Positions 9,319-21,324 of a stretch of 64,000 nt of DNA are shown in pieces (position 1 is the stretch's first letter; every line of letters starts with the position of its first letter). The notes beneath the pieces were generated by a model. The model made no database searches. It was not told the DNA's origin and saw only the letters and a list, made by a program, of their open reading frames with translations. The stretch comes from Candidatus Dojkabacteria bacterium. GTDB taxonomy: Bacteria > Patescibacteriota > Dojkabacteria > SC72. The position numbers and the translations under genes were made by a program. Where the stretch lies: the NCBI GenBank assembly GCA_050950145.1, contig JBMNHB010000001.1, positions 53,136-117,135 on the forward strand. Direction: 5' to 3'.

Positions 9319-11229
9319 ATGTCAAAAATAATAGGTATAGACTTAGGAACTACAAACTCTGCCATGTCTTTCATGGAGGGTGGTAAGCCAAATATAATTG
9401 CAAACTCACAGGGAAGTAGACTTACTCCTTCTGTAGTTGCAGAGGATGAAAAAGGTGAGATTCTTGTTGGTACTCCAGCTAAGAATCAAGCAGTTGTTAA
9501 TCCAGAGGGTACTATCTACTCTGTAAAGAGATTGATTGGTAGGAGTTGGGATGATCCTGAAGTTAAGAAAGATGCGAAACTATTACCATTTGAAATGAGG
9601 AAAGCATCTAATGGTGGTGTTGAAGTTAAAATGGGAGATAAATGGTACACACCACAAGAGATCTCTGCAAAAGTCTTAGCAAAGATGAAGAAAGATGCAG
9701 AGGAATTCTTAGGTCAAGATGTTAAAGAAGCTGTAATTACAGTCCCAGCATATTTTGATGACTCTCAAAGACAGGCAACAAAGGATGCAGGTAAGATTGC
9801 AGGTTTGGATGTTAAAAGAATTGTTAATGAGCCAACAGCAGCAGCTTTAGCATATGGATTGGATGATAAAAAGGATCAGAAAGTTGCAGTATTTGACTTA
9901 GGTGGTGGTACATTTGATATCTCTATCCTTGAAATGGGTGATGGAGTTTTTGAAGTTCTTTCAACAAATGGTGATACACACTTAGGTGGTGATGACTTTG
10001 ACCAAGAAATCATTGATTACCTTGCAAAAGAATTTGAGAAGAAAGAAGGTATGGATCTTAGAGAAGACAAGACTGCACTTCAGAGATTGAAAGAGGCTGC
10101 AGAGAAAGCAAAGATTGAACTTTCTACATCAGAAGAAACTGAAGTTAATGTTCCTTACATTACAGCAACAGATAAAGGACCAAAGCATTTGAAAGAAAAA
10201 TTAACTAGATCTGAATTAGAGAAATTAACAAATGATTTAATTGAGAAGACAGTTAAACCATGTGAGAAGGCTCTAAAAGATGCAGGATTAGATAAGAAAG
10301 ATATTGATGAGGTGTTACTTGTAGGTGGTATGACAAGAATGCCAGCTGTTGTTAAGAAGGTAAAAGAAATCTTTGGTAAAGAACCAGATAAAGGTGTAAA
10401 TCCTGATGAGGTTGTAGCACAAGGTGCAGCAATTCAAGCAGGAGTTCTAGGTGGTGATGTAAAAGATATTACACTCTTAGATGTAACACCATTATCTCTT
10501 GGTTTAGAGACATTAGGTGGAGTATTTACCAAATTAATTGAGAGAAATACTACAATTCCTGTTGAGAAGAAACAGATTTTCTCTACAGCTGCTGATAACC
10601 AGCCAGGTGTTGAGATTCATGTTCTTCAGGGAGAGAGAGAGATGGCTGCAGATAACAAGACATTGGGTAGATTCTTACTTGATGGTATCCTACCAGCACC
10701 AAGAGGAGTTCCTCAGATTGAAGTTACATTCTCTATAGATGCTAATGGAATCTTAAATGTTAAAGCTTTAGATCTTGGAACAAAGAAAGAACAGAAGATT
10801 ACAATTACAGCATCTACTGGACTAAAGGAAGAAGAAATTGAAAAGATGGTTGAGGAAGCAGAGAAGAATGCAGAAGAGGATAAAAAGAAGAAAGAGAGAG
10901 CGGAGAAGAGGAATAATGCAGATACATTAGCATTTAATGCAGAGAAAATGATAGATGAGAACAAGGATAAGATTTCTGAAGATGAACAGAAGAGTATTAA
11001 GGAGAAAGCAGAAGAACTAAAAGAGATAATTAAGAAAGAAGATTTTGATTTAGATGAGGTAGAAAAGAAATCTGAAGAATTAGAGAAGGAGATGTTAGAA
11101 GTAGGTAAGAAGGTATATGAGGCAGCTGCAAAAGAATCTGAAGCTAAAGAAGAGAAAAAAGATGATGAGAAACCATCAGAAGAAAAGAAGGATGAAGAAG
11201 CTAAGGAGGGTGAGGTAGTAGAAGAGTAA
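9319..11229 (+). CDS. dnaK: Chaperone DnaK (Hsp70)
   Basis: [18 protein letters not shown] and other Hsp70 signatures; acidic/KE-rich C-terminus. Confidence 0.97.
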   Translation: MSKIIGIDLGTTNSAMSFMEGGKPNIIANSQGSRLTPSVVAEDEKGEILVGTPAKNQAVVNPEGTIYSVKRLIGRSWDDPEVKKDAKLLPFEMRKASNGGVEVKMGDKWYTPQEISAKVLAKMKKDAEEFLGQDVKEAVITVPAYFDDSQRQATKDAGKIAGLDVKRIVNEPTAAALAYGLDDKKDQKVAVFDLGGGTFDISILEMGDGVFEVLSTNGDTHLGGDDFDQEIIDYLAKEFEKKEGMDLREDKTALQRLKEAAEKAKIELSTSEETEVNVPYITATDKGPKHLKEKLTRSELEKLTNDLIEKTVKPCEKALKDAGLDKKDIDEVLLVGGMTRMPAVVKKVKEIFGKEPDKGVNPDEVVAQGAAIQAGVLGGDVKDITLLDVTPLSLGLETLGGVFTKLIERNTTIPVEKKQIFSTAADNQPGVEIHVLQGEREMAADNKTLGRFLLDGILPAPRGVPQIEVTFSIDANGILNVKALDLGTKKEQKITITASTGLKEEEIEKMVEEAEKNAEEDKKKKERAEKRNNADTLAFNAEKMIDENKDKISEDEQKSIKEKAEELKEIIKKEDFDLDEVEKKSEELEKEMLEVGKKVYEAAAKESEAKEEKKDDEKPSEEKKDEEAKEGEVVEE

Positions 11230-11258
11230 TATCTTTCAAATAGATTCTTCAAGGGAGG

Positions 11259-12002
11259 TTAAATGCCTCCCTTTTCTTTTCTACTGTTGTCATCTTTATT
11301 TGATTGTGTGTAATATGCTCTTCCTCTAAACAAACATACTGCTTTTACTGAGATATTGTTATCTACTTTCTTAATAACTTCAGATATCTGTTCTAATGTA
11401 CTACCAGTTGTAATAACATCATCTACAATTATTATATCCTTAATATCTTTTAATTTATCAGTATCATCTATGTAAAAGTTACTTCTATGTTTCTCTCTTT
11501 CCTCCTTATCCAATAATGACTGATGGATATCATCTCCCCCTTTTTTCTTTACAATACTATTATCAAACATACTCCCCAGAGTATCAGAAACAACCTTAGC
11601 TAGCTCTTCTGTTTGATTAAATCCTCTCTCTCTTAATCTACTGGTAGATATTGGAACAGGGATTGTAAGAGAATTTTTGTTTTTTTTGTTGAGTACAAAC
11701 TCTTCTAATCTCTCTTTAGCAAATTCAAGTAATGTGTTCTCTGCATCATAGACACTCCCATATTTATACTTTTTCAATATTACAGAACTTAGCTCGTTAT
11801 ATTCCCAAAGAACAATTACACTATCTAATGTAAACTTCTCTTTACATCTCTCATGGGTGATATATTGTGGTGATATTCTTCTACATTTATAACATTCAGG
11901 TAGTGTCTTCTTAAAAAGTTTCTTACACCTAGAACACAAATATTCACCATTCTTAGAACAGATAGTACAAGATTTTGGAAACAGTATATCTAATATATTC
12001 AT
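11259..12002 (-). CDS. comFC: ComF-family phosphoribosyltransferase-like competence protein
   Basis: N-terminal Cys4 zinc-finger (CTICSK...CSRCKK), C-terminal PRTase motif IIVDDVITTGSTL; start taken at MNILDIL, not the longer track ORF. Confidence 0.7.
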   Translation of the reverse strand: MNILDILFPKSCTICSKNGEYLCSRCKKLFKKTLPECYKCRRISPQYITHERCKEKFTLDSVIVLWEYNELSSVILKKYKYGSVYDAENTLLEFAKERLEEFVLNKKNKNSLTIPVPISTSRLRERGFNQTEELAKVVSDTLGSMFDNSIVKKKGGDDIHQSLLDKEEREKHRSNFYIDDTDKLKDIKDIIIVDDVITTGSTLEQISEVIKKVDNNISVKAVCLFRGRAYYTQSNKDDNSRKEKGGI

Positions 12003-12101
12003 ACATATATTATGTATTAGAAATATTAAATATAGATTAATTGATAAAAATTGCACTATACAATATGATAGTAGTCACGAAATAAGAATATTGATATTTT
12101 T

Positions 12102-13871
12102 ATGATAGATGTCGCAAAGAAAAAGAACAGTATCTATGTAATGATGATTATTCTTTTTCTTACTAAAGTTTTAGGTCTTTTTAAGCTGAGGGTAATATCC
12201 CATCTTTTTGGTGCTACCCATGAATTAGATATCTTCTGGGCTGCTTTTACTATCCCAGATACACTTTTTATGATAATAGTTGCAGGATCTCTTAATGCTG
12301 CAATTATTCCTCTTTTAGCTGATGTATTTAAGAAGAACGGAGAGAAAGAATTAAACAAATTCTTCATCAATATGATGATAATTGTTAGTTCTGTTGTTCT
12401 TGTTATTGCTCTTCTCCTCTTTATCTTCACTCCTCAAATAACTAGATTCTTAATGAACTCTGAATTCTCACAGGGGATATTAAATATATCAGGGAGACTC
12501 CAAGCTGAAGATTTTGACCTTTTTGTAAAACTTTCAAGAATCTTAATGATCTCTCCTGTTCTGCTAGGTATTAGTACAATAGTGACAGGATATTTACAAG
12601 TTAGAAGGCAGTTTTTCGTAACTTCTTTAGCACCACTAATTTACAACATTGCGATGACAATTGGACCAGTAATATTGGTAGGAGTTTTTAAGATGGATGT
12701 AACAGGTATTGCTATATCTGCTGTACTTGGTTCATTCTTGCACTTTGTTGTTCAGGTTCCTTCATTAGGTAAATATTTTACAGAAAGAACAAAGATGTCG
12801 TTTGAAAGTTTGATAAAAGCTCTTCAAGACACAAAGATATGGAGAGGACTTAGATTAGCAATACCAAAGATGCTTTCTACATTAGGAGAACAAGTTAATG
12901 TTGTCATTAACACATTAATTAGTTTCTCTTTAGAAGCAGGAGCTCTTAGTTCTTACAAATATGCTTTAAGTCTTTATCTTTTTCCTGTAAATATTATTGG
13001 TAGTGCTATTGCCCAAGCTGTGCTCCCAGAATTATCAGAGAATTCAGATGAACCTAAGAAATTTAAGAAAATATTAAACGACTCCTTGCAACAAGCTCTA
13101 TTTCTTGTTCTTCCAATAGTAGCAATCCTCCTTGTTCTAAGATTACCCACAGTAAGATTAATCTTTGGTGTTGGTAAATTTGATTGGCAAGCAACATTAC
13201 TTACCGCATGGTGTTTAGCACTTCTTTCTGTTGCTATCATTGGTCAGACTCTTAGTCAAATTGTTCTAAGAGGATTCTATGCTTTGAAATCTACATGGTT
13301 ACCATTAATAGCTGTTGGTTTTGGAATTCTAGTGAACATTGCTTTTGCGTTCCTTCTTACTAACTTCTTTAGTCATTACTATGATTGGAGACCTATTTTA
13401 GAACAGATAGGGGTGCAGATTTCTACAGCAAATGGAAATGGATTATGTAGTGTTATTCAATCATTCTTCAGAGATGTATTTGTTTGGTGTACAACAAGAG
13501 GTACTTCAGAGATGGCTGTAGGTGGACTTTCATTAAGTTTGAGTATTTCTTCTCTTGTAGAGTTAACCCTCCTTTTATACATCCTCAACAAAAAGATAAA
13601 AGTTGTTTCATTCAAACAGACAATTAAACCTATGTTAACCAAACTCTTAAATACTGCATTAACAACATTTGGTATGTATTTAGTATTTAGATTGTTTGAC
13701 TTTAAGTTGGATACTACAAGAACAATCTCTATTATCATTCTAACTATTGCGACTTCTTCCTACGGTCTTCTTTCATATTGGTTAGGATCAAAAGTTTTTG
13801 AAATCAAGGAAATTGAATTCTTTGAAGAGAAGGTTGTGACATTGTGGAATAAATTGTTTAAAAAGGCTTAA
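12102..13871 (+). CDS. murJ: Lipid II flippase MurJ/MviN
   Basis: Polytopic membrane protein, 589 aa, MurJ-like N-terminal region (SLNAAIIPLLADVF). Confidence 0.8.
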   Translation: MIDVAKKKNSIYVMMIILFLTKVLGLFKLRVISHLFGATHELDIFWAAFTIPDTLFMIIVAGSLNAAIIPLLADVFKKNGEKELNKFFINMMIIVSSVVLVIALLLFIFTPQITRFLMNSEFSQGILNISGRLQAEDFDLFVKLSRILMISPVLLGISTIVTGYLQVRRQFFVTSLAPLIYNIAMTIGPVILVGVFKMDVTGIAISAVLGSFLHFVVQVPSLGKYFTERTKMSFESLIKALQDTKIWRGLRLAIPKMLSTLGEQVNVVINTLISFSLEAGALSSYKYALSLYLFPVNIIGSAIAQAVLPELSENSDEPKKFKKILNDSLQQALFLVLPIVAILLVLRLPTVRLIFGVGKFDWQATLLTAWCLALLSVAIIGQTLSQIVLRGFYALKSTWLPLIAVGFGILVNIAFAFLLTNFFSHYYDWRPILEQIGVQISTANGNGLCSVIQSFFRDVFVWCTTRGTSEMAVGGLSLSLSISSLVELTLLLYILNKKIKVVSFKQTIKPMLTKLLNTALTTFGMYLVFRLFDFKLDTTRTISIIILTIATSSYGLLSYWLGSKVFEIKEIEFFEEKVVTLWNKLFKKA

Positions 13872-13874
13872 GGT

Positions 13875-14465
13875 ATGAAGAGATTCTTACTAATCCTTTT
13901 GTTGGTTTTCCTACTGGTTGGTGGATACTTTGTAATGAGATACTCTGCTTGGCATAAGGAATTCTTTTTGAATGAAAATGTTACCTGTACAAGTGATGAA
14001 GAGTTTGTAGTAGAGGAGAAAGAGATAAATATTGGAGATAGAATTAAAAACTTTGTTCTTTCAGACTTGTTTTCTGAATTTGTAACATTTAGTAGGAAAG
14101 AAATATTGTATTTACTTAAAGATAGTATATCAGGTGTCTCAGGTTTGGAAATTCAAGACATTTGTTTAGTTTCAGATAAAGGGGTGTGGAAGGTTTATAC
14201 ACATGGCAAAATAAAAATTCTTCAATTACCCTGGATAGGGGTGGATATAGTGAAGGATAACAGGGAAACTGCAGAGTTGTATTCTAGGAATATCTATGTT
14301 GGTGATATGAAAGTCCCTGAAATTTTAGCGAGAAAGACTTTAGAGAAAATAAACAAGGGAATTAGTGATGCCTTGATATTGGTAACAGAGAATGGGTTCT
14401 TAGGGAAAACAATAGAGAATATTGATTTATTAAAGGATAGTATTGTGATAAAAGGTGGGTTCTAG
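13875..14465 (+). CDS. Hypothetical membrane-anchored protein
   Basis: N-terminal TM helix; no recognisable domain. Confidence 0.3.
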   Translation: MKRFLLILLLVFLLVGGYFVMRYSAWHKEFFLNENVTCTSDEEFVVEEKEINIGDRIKNFVLSDLFSEFVTFSRKEILYLLKDSISGVSGLEIQDICLVSDKGVWKVYTHGKIKILQLPWIGVDIVKDNRETAELYSRNIYVGDMKVPEILARKTLEKINKGISDALILVTENGFLGKTIENIDLLKDSIVIKGGF

Positions 14466-14496
14466 GCTTGAATTTTTCTTTCAAATTGTGTTACAA

Positions 14497-14523
14497 TTAG
14501 CAATCACTAATTTTATCTGCTAG
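14497..14523 (+). promoter_or_regulatory. Reduced CIRCE-like operator (TTAGCA-N15-TGCTAG) upstream of groES
   Basis: ttagca at 14497-14502, 15-nt spacer, tgctag at 14518-14523; 6 nt before the groES ATG. Confidence 0.5.
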
Positions 14524-14529
14524 ATACAT

Positions 14530-14829
14530 ATGTCAAAAGATATAAAAATCACGCCCCTAGGAAATAGAGTACTGGTAACACCAGACAAGATTGATGAGAA
14601 AACATCAGGAGGATTAGTTCTTCCACCTTCATCAACAGAAGATCAGAAACCTGAAACAGGTACAATTGCTAAATTAGGTGTAGGTAAGGTCAAAGGTAAG
14701 GATGTTTCCTTTGATGTTAGCGTAGGAGATAGAGTATATTTCAAAAAATATTCACCAGATGAATTAGAAGTAGATGGAGAGAAATATCTTCTTCTTGAAG
14801 CTAGTGATATTTTAGCAGTTATCAAATAA
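14530..14829 (+). CDS. groES: Co-chaperonin GroES
   Basis: 99 aa Cpn10 (ITPLGNRVLV...). Confidence 0.95.
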   Translation: MSKDIKITPLGNRVLVTPDKIDEKTSGGLVLPPSSTEDQKPETGTIAKLGVGKVKGKDVSFDVSVGDRVYFKKYSPDELEVDGEKYLLLEASDILAVIK

Positions 14830-14838
14830 TTGAATTAA

Positions 14839-16479
<1,641 letters not shown>

Positions 16480-16502
16480 TTTGAATAAAAAGGGGTAGGG
16501 TT

Positions 16503-17027
16503 CTAAACGAACCTTACCTCTTGTGCTAGTACTTTTCCAATAATATCTCTACTGTTTCTTCTGTATTTAACAATCTCTAAGTTGCCGTTATCATTAATTA
16601 AAACAGTATCACCAATCTCATACTTACTATTTGGAGAAATATATACTACTCCATTACTTCCATCAACAATATTCATATCAACAGCAAATGTATTAATATC
16701 CATCTGCAATACCCAATCAGGTGCAGGATAGAATAGATATGATTTTGTTTTAAGAAAATCATTATTATCAGGTATTGATGTATAGTAAGGAATTTTGTTA
16801 GTAGAATAGTTATCTACTTGAGATGAAGAATCTCTAAGTAAATCTCTAGGATCAATATTAAGAGCATCTGCTAAATTATTCAATTGCTTAAGTGGAGAAC
16901 TCTCTCCTCTTTCATATCTAGAAATCATCTCCCAAGTCTTACCTATCTTGTCTCCTAATTCCCTCTGTGTTAACTTTTTTCTTTCTCTGTATATTTTAAT
17001 ATTCTCTCCAATATATTTATTGTTCAT
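16503..17027 (-). CDS. LexA-like repressor: XRE-family HTH plus S24 peptidase-like C-terminal domain
   Basis: N-terminal HTH (KLTQRELGDKIGKTWEMISRYERG); C-terminal S24-like beta domain keeps the Lys (EIVKYRR), but the catalytic Ser position aligns to AVDM, a possible non-cleaving variant. Confidence 0.6.
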   Translation of the reverse strand: MNNKYIGENIKIYRERKKLTQRELGDKIGKTWEMISRYERGESSPLKQLNNLADALNIDPRDLLRDSSSQVDNYSTNKIPYYTSIPDNNDFLKTKSYLFYPAPDWVLQMDINTFAVDMNIVDGSNGVVYISPNSKYEIGDTVLINDNGNLEIVKYRRNSRDIIGKVLAQEVRFV

Positions 17028-17042
17028 ATATATAGATTCTAA

Positions 17043-17060
17043 TTACATATTAATGTAGTT
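17043..17060 (+). promoter_or_regulatory. Candidate operator palindrome (TACAT-N4-ATGTA) in the divergent lexA-like/dinD intergenic region
   Basis: ttacatattaatgtag lies 16-33 nt upstream of the lexA-like start. Confidence 0.3.
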
Positions 17061-17332
17061 AGAATAGAAAAGAAGGTCATAGATATGAAATATAATTTCG
17101 TAATTGTAAGAATTTTGTAAGAAATGAAATAGATAATCTGTATATGGAAGCATTAAAAGAATTAGTAAAAGAAATAGATAGAATATATGGGAAAAAGAAG
17201 ATCAATAGAAGAGATTTAGAAAGATTGTTGAAGAAGTGTAGGAAGGTAAGAAAAACTTTATCCCGTTTTTAATCTGGATTTAATAATTTCTTGTTATATA
17301 TCTATATATCCTTAAATTTTTATCTAAAAATT

Positions 17333-18139
17333 ATGAAAGAAAATAACACAATCAAACTATTTCAAAACAAAAAGATACGAGTAGAGTGGAATAGTGAAAA
17401 AGAAGAATGGTTGTTCTCAATTGTAGATATCATAGGTGTTTTAACAGAGAGTCCAAATCCTAGAAATTACTGGAAAGTTTTGAAATTTAGGTTGCAAAAA
17501 GAGAATAGTCAGTTGGTTACAAATTGTAACCAACTGAAATTAAAATCATCTGACGGGAAATATTACAAAACAGATGTAGCGAATACAGAGCAGATTTTAA
17601 GAATCATACAATCAATACCTTCTCCAAAAGCAGAGCCTTTTAAATTATGGTTAGCACGGGTTGGTAAAGAACGAATAGATGAAACAATTGATCCAGAATT
17701 AACGATAGATAGAGCATTAAGAACTTATCAGAAAAAGGGATACAGTAAGGCATGGATAAATCAAAGATTACAATCTATTCAAGTAAGAAAAGAACTTACA
17801 GATGAATGGGAAGAAAGAGGTGTGAAGAGAGGTTTTGAGTTTGGAATCTTAACAGATGAGATAACTAAAGCTTGGTCTGACCTCACAACACGAAAATATA
17901 AAGAATTAAAAGGTTTAACAAAAGAAAACCTTAGAGACAATATGTCTACTATTGAAATAGTTCTGAATATGTTAGCAGAAGCATCAACAACAGAAATTTC
18001 CAAAGAAGTCCAACCAAAGAATTTTGATGAGAATAAAAAAGTAGCAAAGTTAGGAGGAAATGTTGCTGGAAATGCGAGAAAAGAAATAGAGAAGACAACA
18101 AAGAAGTCAATTATTACAAATAGAAAAACTCTTCAATAA
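17333..18139 (+). CDS. dinD: DNA-damage-inducible protein D homolog (Bro-N domain)
   Basis: N-terminal Bro-N-like segment (WLFSIVDIIGVL...NPRNYWK); C-terminal region collinear with E. coli DinD (..LKKNQKILDHMGSTELAANLF.. ~ ..LTKENLRDNMSTIEIVLNML..). Confidence 0.7.
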   Translation: MKENNTIKLFQNKKIRVEWNSEKEEWLFSIVDIIGVLTESPNPRNYWKVLKFRLQKENSQLVTNCNQLKLKSSDGKYYKTDVANTEQILRIIQSIPSPKAEPFKLWLARVGKERIDETIDPELTIDRALRTYQKKGYSKAWINQRLQSIQVRKELTDEWEERGVKRGFEFGILTDEITKAWSDLTTRKYKELKGLTKENLRDNMSTIEIVLNMLAEASTTEISKEVQPKNFDENKKVAKLGGNVAGNARKEIEKTTKKSIITNRKTLQ

Positions 18140-18140
18140 T

Positions 18141-18596
18141 CTAATACACAATCTTTAACCAATTTTCCTTCAACCATTTATCTGCTTCTTTCTCTTGATT
18201 TAACAGATCTCTTTTAGCTAATTCTTTTTTAATAACATTACCTTGATGTGGATGATCAAATTGTTTTTCTAGTGGAGATTGAAAACCATGAGTATAGTGG
18301 CACAATTCATGTGCAATAGTTGCTCTAATTACAAATTCTGGAACAATCTCATTCTGAAAATATCTAGTAACTGTAATAACTGTAACACTCTTCTCATCCT
18401 GAACTTCTAGTTCCTCTCTTCTTTTTTTCATCAAACCCTTTATCTTTGTATATCTATTTGCTAATTTAATACTTCCTAGCTGTCTTTTAGAATACTTACC
18501 AAACTTAATAACTACTAGATTCTTTCTTGGAACATCACAAAAATGGTTATCCCATAAATCATACAAAATGTTTTCTAAATACTTATTATCTCTCAT
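18141..18596 (-). CDS. SprT-like / DUF45-type zinc metallopeptidase (HExxH)
   Basis: HELCHYTHG motif with upstream SprT-like pattern (ILYDLWDNHF...VVIKFGKYSKRQLGSIKL). Confidence 0.5.
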   Translation of the reverse strand: MRDNKYLENILYDLWDNHFCDVPRKNLVVIKFGKYSKRQLGSIKLANRYTKIKGLMKKRREELEVQDEKSVTVITVTRYFQNEIVPEFVIRATIAHELCHYTHGFQSPLEKQFDHPHQGNVIKKELAKRDLLNQEKEADKWLKENWLKIVY

Positions 18597-18631
18597 TTAT
18601 AAATCCTTTCTATCATGCTATTATATCCTAT

Positions 18632-20452
18632 ATGATTCCAGAAAAGTTATCTAAAAAACTCTCAACATTAAAAAAGGTACTTTCTTTTGTATATGGTAAA
18701 TATACAGTAGTAGCTGTATCAAGAGATCTACTTTTCATTCTCTCAACAGCTGCTGAGATATATGGAATTAGAATCCTTGGGAAATTCATAGATGCAACAA
18801 CTCAAATTCTACTTAATTGGGAAACATTTGATTTTGCAAAGTTTCTAACAACTGATTCTTTCAAGTTTTTGGTAATAATATTTCTTCTTTGGGGAGTCAC
18901 TCATGTATGTGTGCAGATTAGAGCGTATCTCTATACAGTAATATATGAAAAGGTTTGGTCTAAAGCTCAATTAATGATGATTGAAAAAGTAGCATCTTCT
19001 AATCTACAAGATGTAGAACAGAAAGATTTTCAGGATAAGATTGCTTTTGTTCCTTCTTTTTCCATTGATAGAATAATTAGTGTTTACGATAACTTCTCTA
19101 CAATTCTAAGCAATACCGTGAGGTTTCTAAGTGCAATGGTAATCATATGGGGAAGTATGGGACCTTCTTCTCTCCTTCTTCTTCTCTTTGTTATTCCAGA
19201 ATCTCTAGTCATGCACTCAAGAAGAAAGAGTATTAGAAGTTATCTAGATGAATCAGTTGGAAAACTTAAATTCTTAGGATATATACACAACCTTTCCTTG
19301 ACTATTAGTAACTTCCTTGAATTAAGAGCAAACAATATATATTCATATCTCAGAAGAAGATATTCAGAGGAGTATGATGAATATCTTGGAGGATATTTTG
19401 CTAGTCAGTATAACTTTTACAGAAGTAGATCATTGTTAGGAACCTTTAGTAATTTCTTGAAATATTCATATATTGTATATGTACTTGCTGTTTCAATTGT
19501 AAAGAGATTCTCTTTTGGTACATTCAAAGCTCTTTTTGACTATGTTGAAACAGCACATATGAGTATCTCTGATATTTTTAATTCTGTTTCTCTAGTATCT
19601 ACGAATCTAGGATATATTGATAAATTTTTTGATTTAATAGAATTTGAAGGTTTTGGAGATATCTATCATGGAAAAAGAAAACTTTCAAAAGATACTCCTA
19701 TTTTGGAATTTAGAAATCTTACATTTGCATATCCTGATGATCCTGAAACAGTAGTTTTAGATAATTTAAATATCACTGTAAATCCGGGGGAGAAAGTTGC
19801 ATTCTTTGGTGGTGATGGTTCGGGTAAGAGTACTGCAGTGAAAATATTAACTGGTTTGTATGGTGTTGAGGATGGACAATATCTTTTAGATGGAATATCA
19901 ACAAAGGAATTAGATAGGGGGCAATTAAAGAAGAAACTAGCGGTTATCTTCCAAGATTTTATCAACTATCATTTTAGTTTAAGAGAAAATATTGTAATCT
20001 CTGGACAGAGGAAAAATGTAGATAACGATCTTTACGATGAGGTTAATAATATTGCTGGAGTGAATAAGTTTAAAAAGAGTTCACATATTGATGATTCAAG
20101 TATATTAGGTAAAACATTCCCGTCAGGTAGAGATCTCTCTCCTGGATATTGGCAAAGATTAGCTATTGCTAGAATGCTTTACAGAAACAAAAACATCTTT
20201 ATCATGGATGAACCTTTTACATACATTGATGATATTTCAGCAGAGAAGATATTAAAAGATATGTTCAAATTCTTAGGTAAGGAGAGATCAATGATATATA
20301 TTACTAGGAGTGTTGGTCTTCTGAATAAGTTTGATAGGATATATTACTTTAAAAATGGAAAAATTGTAGAATCAGGGGGGTGGGATGAACTTCTGAAGAA
20401 GAAAGGGAAATTGTATGAAGAATATATGCAACAGAATGAATCAAGGGAATAA
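18632..20452 (+). CDS. ABC exporter, fused permease and ATP-binding domains, degenerate signature motifs
   Basis: N-terminal TM domain; Walker A GGDGSGKST; signature LSPGYWQ instead of LSGGQ; Walker B IFIMDEP; start moved to MIPEKL (18632). Confidence 0.75.
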   Translation: MIPEKLSKKLSTLKKVLSFVYGKYTVVAVSRDLLFILSTAAEIYGIRILGKFIDATTQILLNWETFDFAKFLTTDSFKFLVIIFLLWGVTHVCVQIRAYLYTVIYEKVWSKAQLMMIEKVASSNLQDVEQKDFQDKIAFVPSFSIDRIISVYDNFSTILSNTVRFLSAMVIIWGSMGPSSLLLLLFVIPESLVMHSRRKSIRSYLDESVGKLKFLGYIHNLSLTISNFLELRANNIYSYLRRRYSEEYDEYLGGYFASQYNFYRSRSLLGTFSNFLKYSYIVYVLAVSIVKRFSFGTFKALFDYVETAHMSISDIFNSVSLVSTNLGYIDKFFDLIEFEGFGDIYHGKRKLSKDTPILEFRNLTFAYPDDPETVVLDNLNITVNPGEKVAFFGGDGSGKSTAVKILTGLYGVEDGQYLLDGISTKELDRGQLKKKLAVIFQDFINYHFSLRENIVISGQRKNVDNDLYDEVNNIAGVNKFKKSSHIDDSSILGKTFPSGRDLSPGYWQRLAIARMLYRNKNIFIMDEPFTYIDDISAEKILKDMFKFLGKERSMIYITRSVGLLNKFDRIYYFKNGKIVESGGWDELLKKKGKLYEEYMQQNESRE

Positions 20453-20469
20453 CTTTTTAGAGATAATAG

Positions 20470-21324
20470 ATGGAGATATTAGATGGTAGAGATATATCAA
20501 GAGAGATTCTTAATAAAATTTCTTTTGATATTGTAAAACTGAAAAAAGAAGGAAAAAGAATTCCAAGATTAGATGTTATTCTAGTAGGTGATGATTATGG
20601 AAGTATTAAGTATGTAGGAATGAAAGAGAAGGTAGGTAAAGAGGTAGGTATGCTTGTTCAGATACATCATTTAGATGAGAAGGTAAATACTTTAGATATT
20701 GTAAATTTAATAGATTCATTGAATAAAGATGAGAATGTAGATGGTTTAATGGTTCAACTTCCACTTCCTTCACATATTGATAAACATTTGGTTTTAGAAA
20801 GTATTAAACCAAGTAAGGATGTTGATGGTTTGACTCCTACAAACTTAGGTAAGCTTTTCCAGAAAGATCCATCTGCAATTGCTCCAGCTACTCCTTTAGG
20901 AATAGTCAAATTACTTGAAGCGTACAATATTAAGATATTTGGCAAGAGAGTTGTAATTTTAGGATCTAGTACAATTGTAGGTAAACCTTTAGCTGCAGTT
21001 ATGCTTGAGAAAAATGCAACTGTTACTCTTTGTAATTCACATACCGTGAATATTGAGGATGTTTCTAGAACTGCTGATATCTTAGTATCTGCAATAGGGA
21101 AACCAGAACTAGTAAAAGCAGAATTTCTTAAAAAAGATTGTGTACTTGTTGACGTTGGTTCTAACAAGCATCCTGAGACAGGAAAACTTGTAGGAGATGT
21201 TGATTGGAGTAGTGTACAGGGAATTCCATCATATATTACTCCTGTACCAGGAGGTGTAGGACCAATGACAATTGTTTGTTTAATGTTAAATTTAATGAGG
21301 TGTTACAGAAGTGATACAAGATAA
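20470..21324 (+). CDS. folD: Bifunctional methylenetetrahydrofolate dehydrogenase/cyclohydrolase
   Basis: FolD-like sequence with NAD(P)-binding [18 protein letters not shown]. Confidence 0.9.
   Translation: MEILDGRDISREILNKISFDIVKLKKEGKRIPRLDVILVGDDYGSIKYVGMKEKVGKEVGMLVQIHHLDEKVNTLDIVNLIDSLNKDENVDGLMVQLPLPSHIDKHLVLESIKPSKDVDGLTPTNLGKLFQKDPSAIAPATPLGIVKLLEAYNIKIFGKRVVILGSSTIVGKPLAAVMLEKNATVTLCNSHTVNIEDVSRTADILVSAIGKPELVKAEFLKKDCVLVDVGSNKHPETGKLVGDVDWSSVQGIPSYITPVPGGVGPMTIVCLMLNLMRCYRSDTR

Noticed and set aside
10713-11252. 179-aa Ser-rich antisense ORF inside the dnaK 3' end
   Set aside because: Artefact of the GAA/AAG-rich K/E-coding tail of dnaK read on the opposite strand; dnaK is unambiguous.
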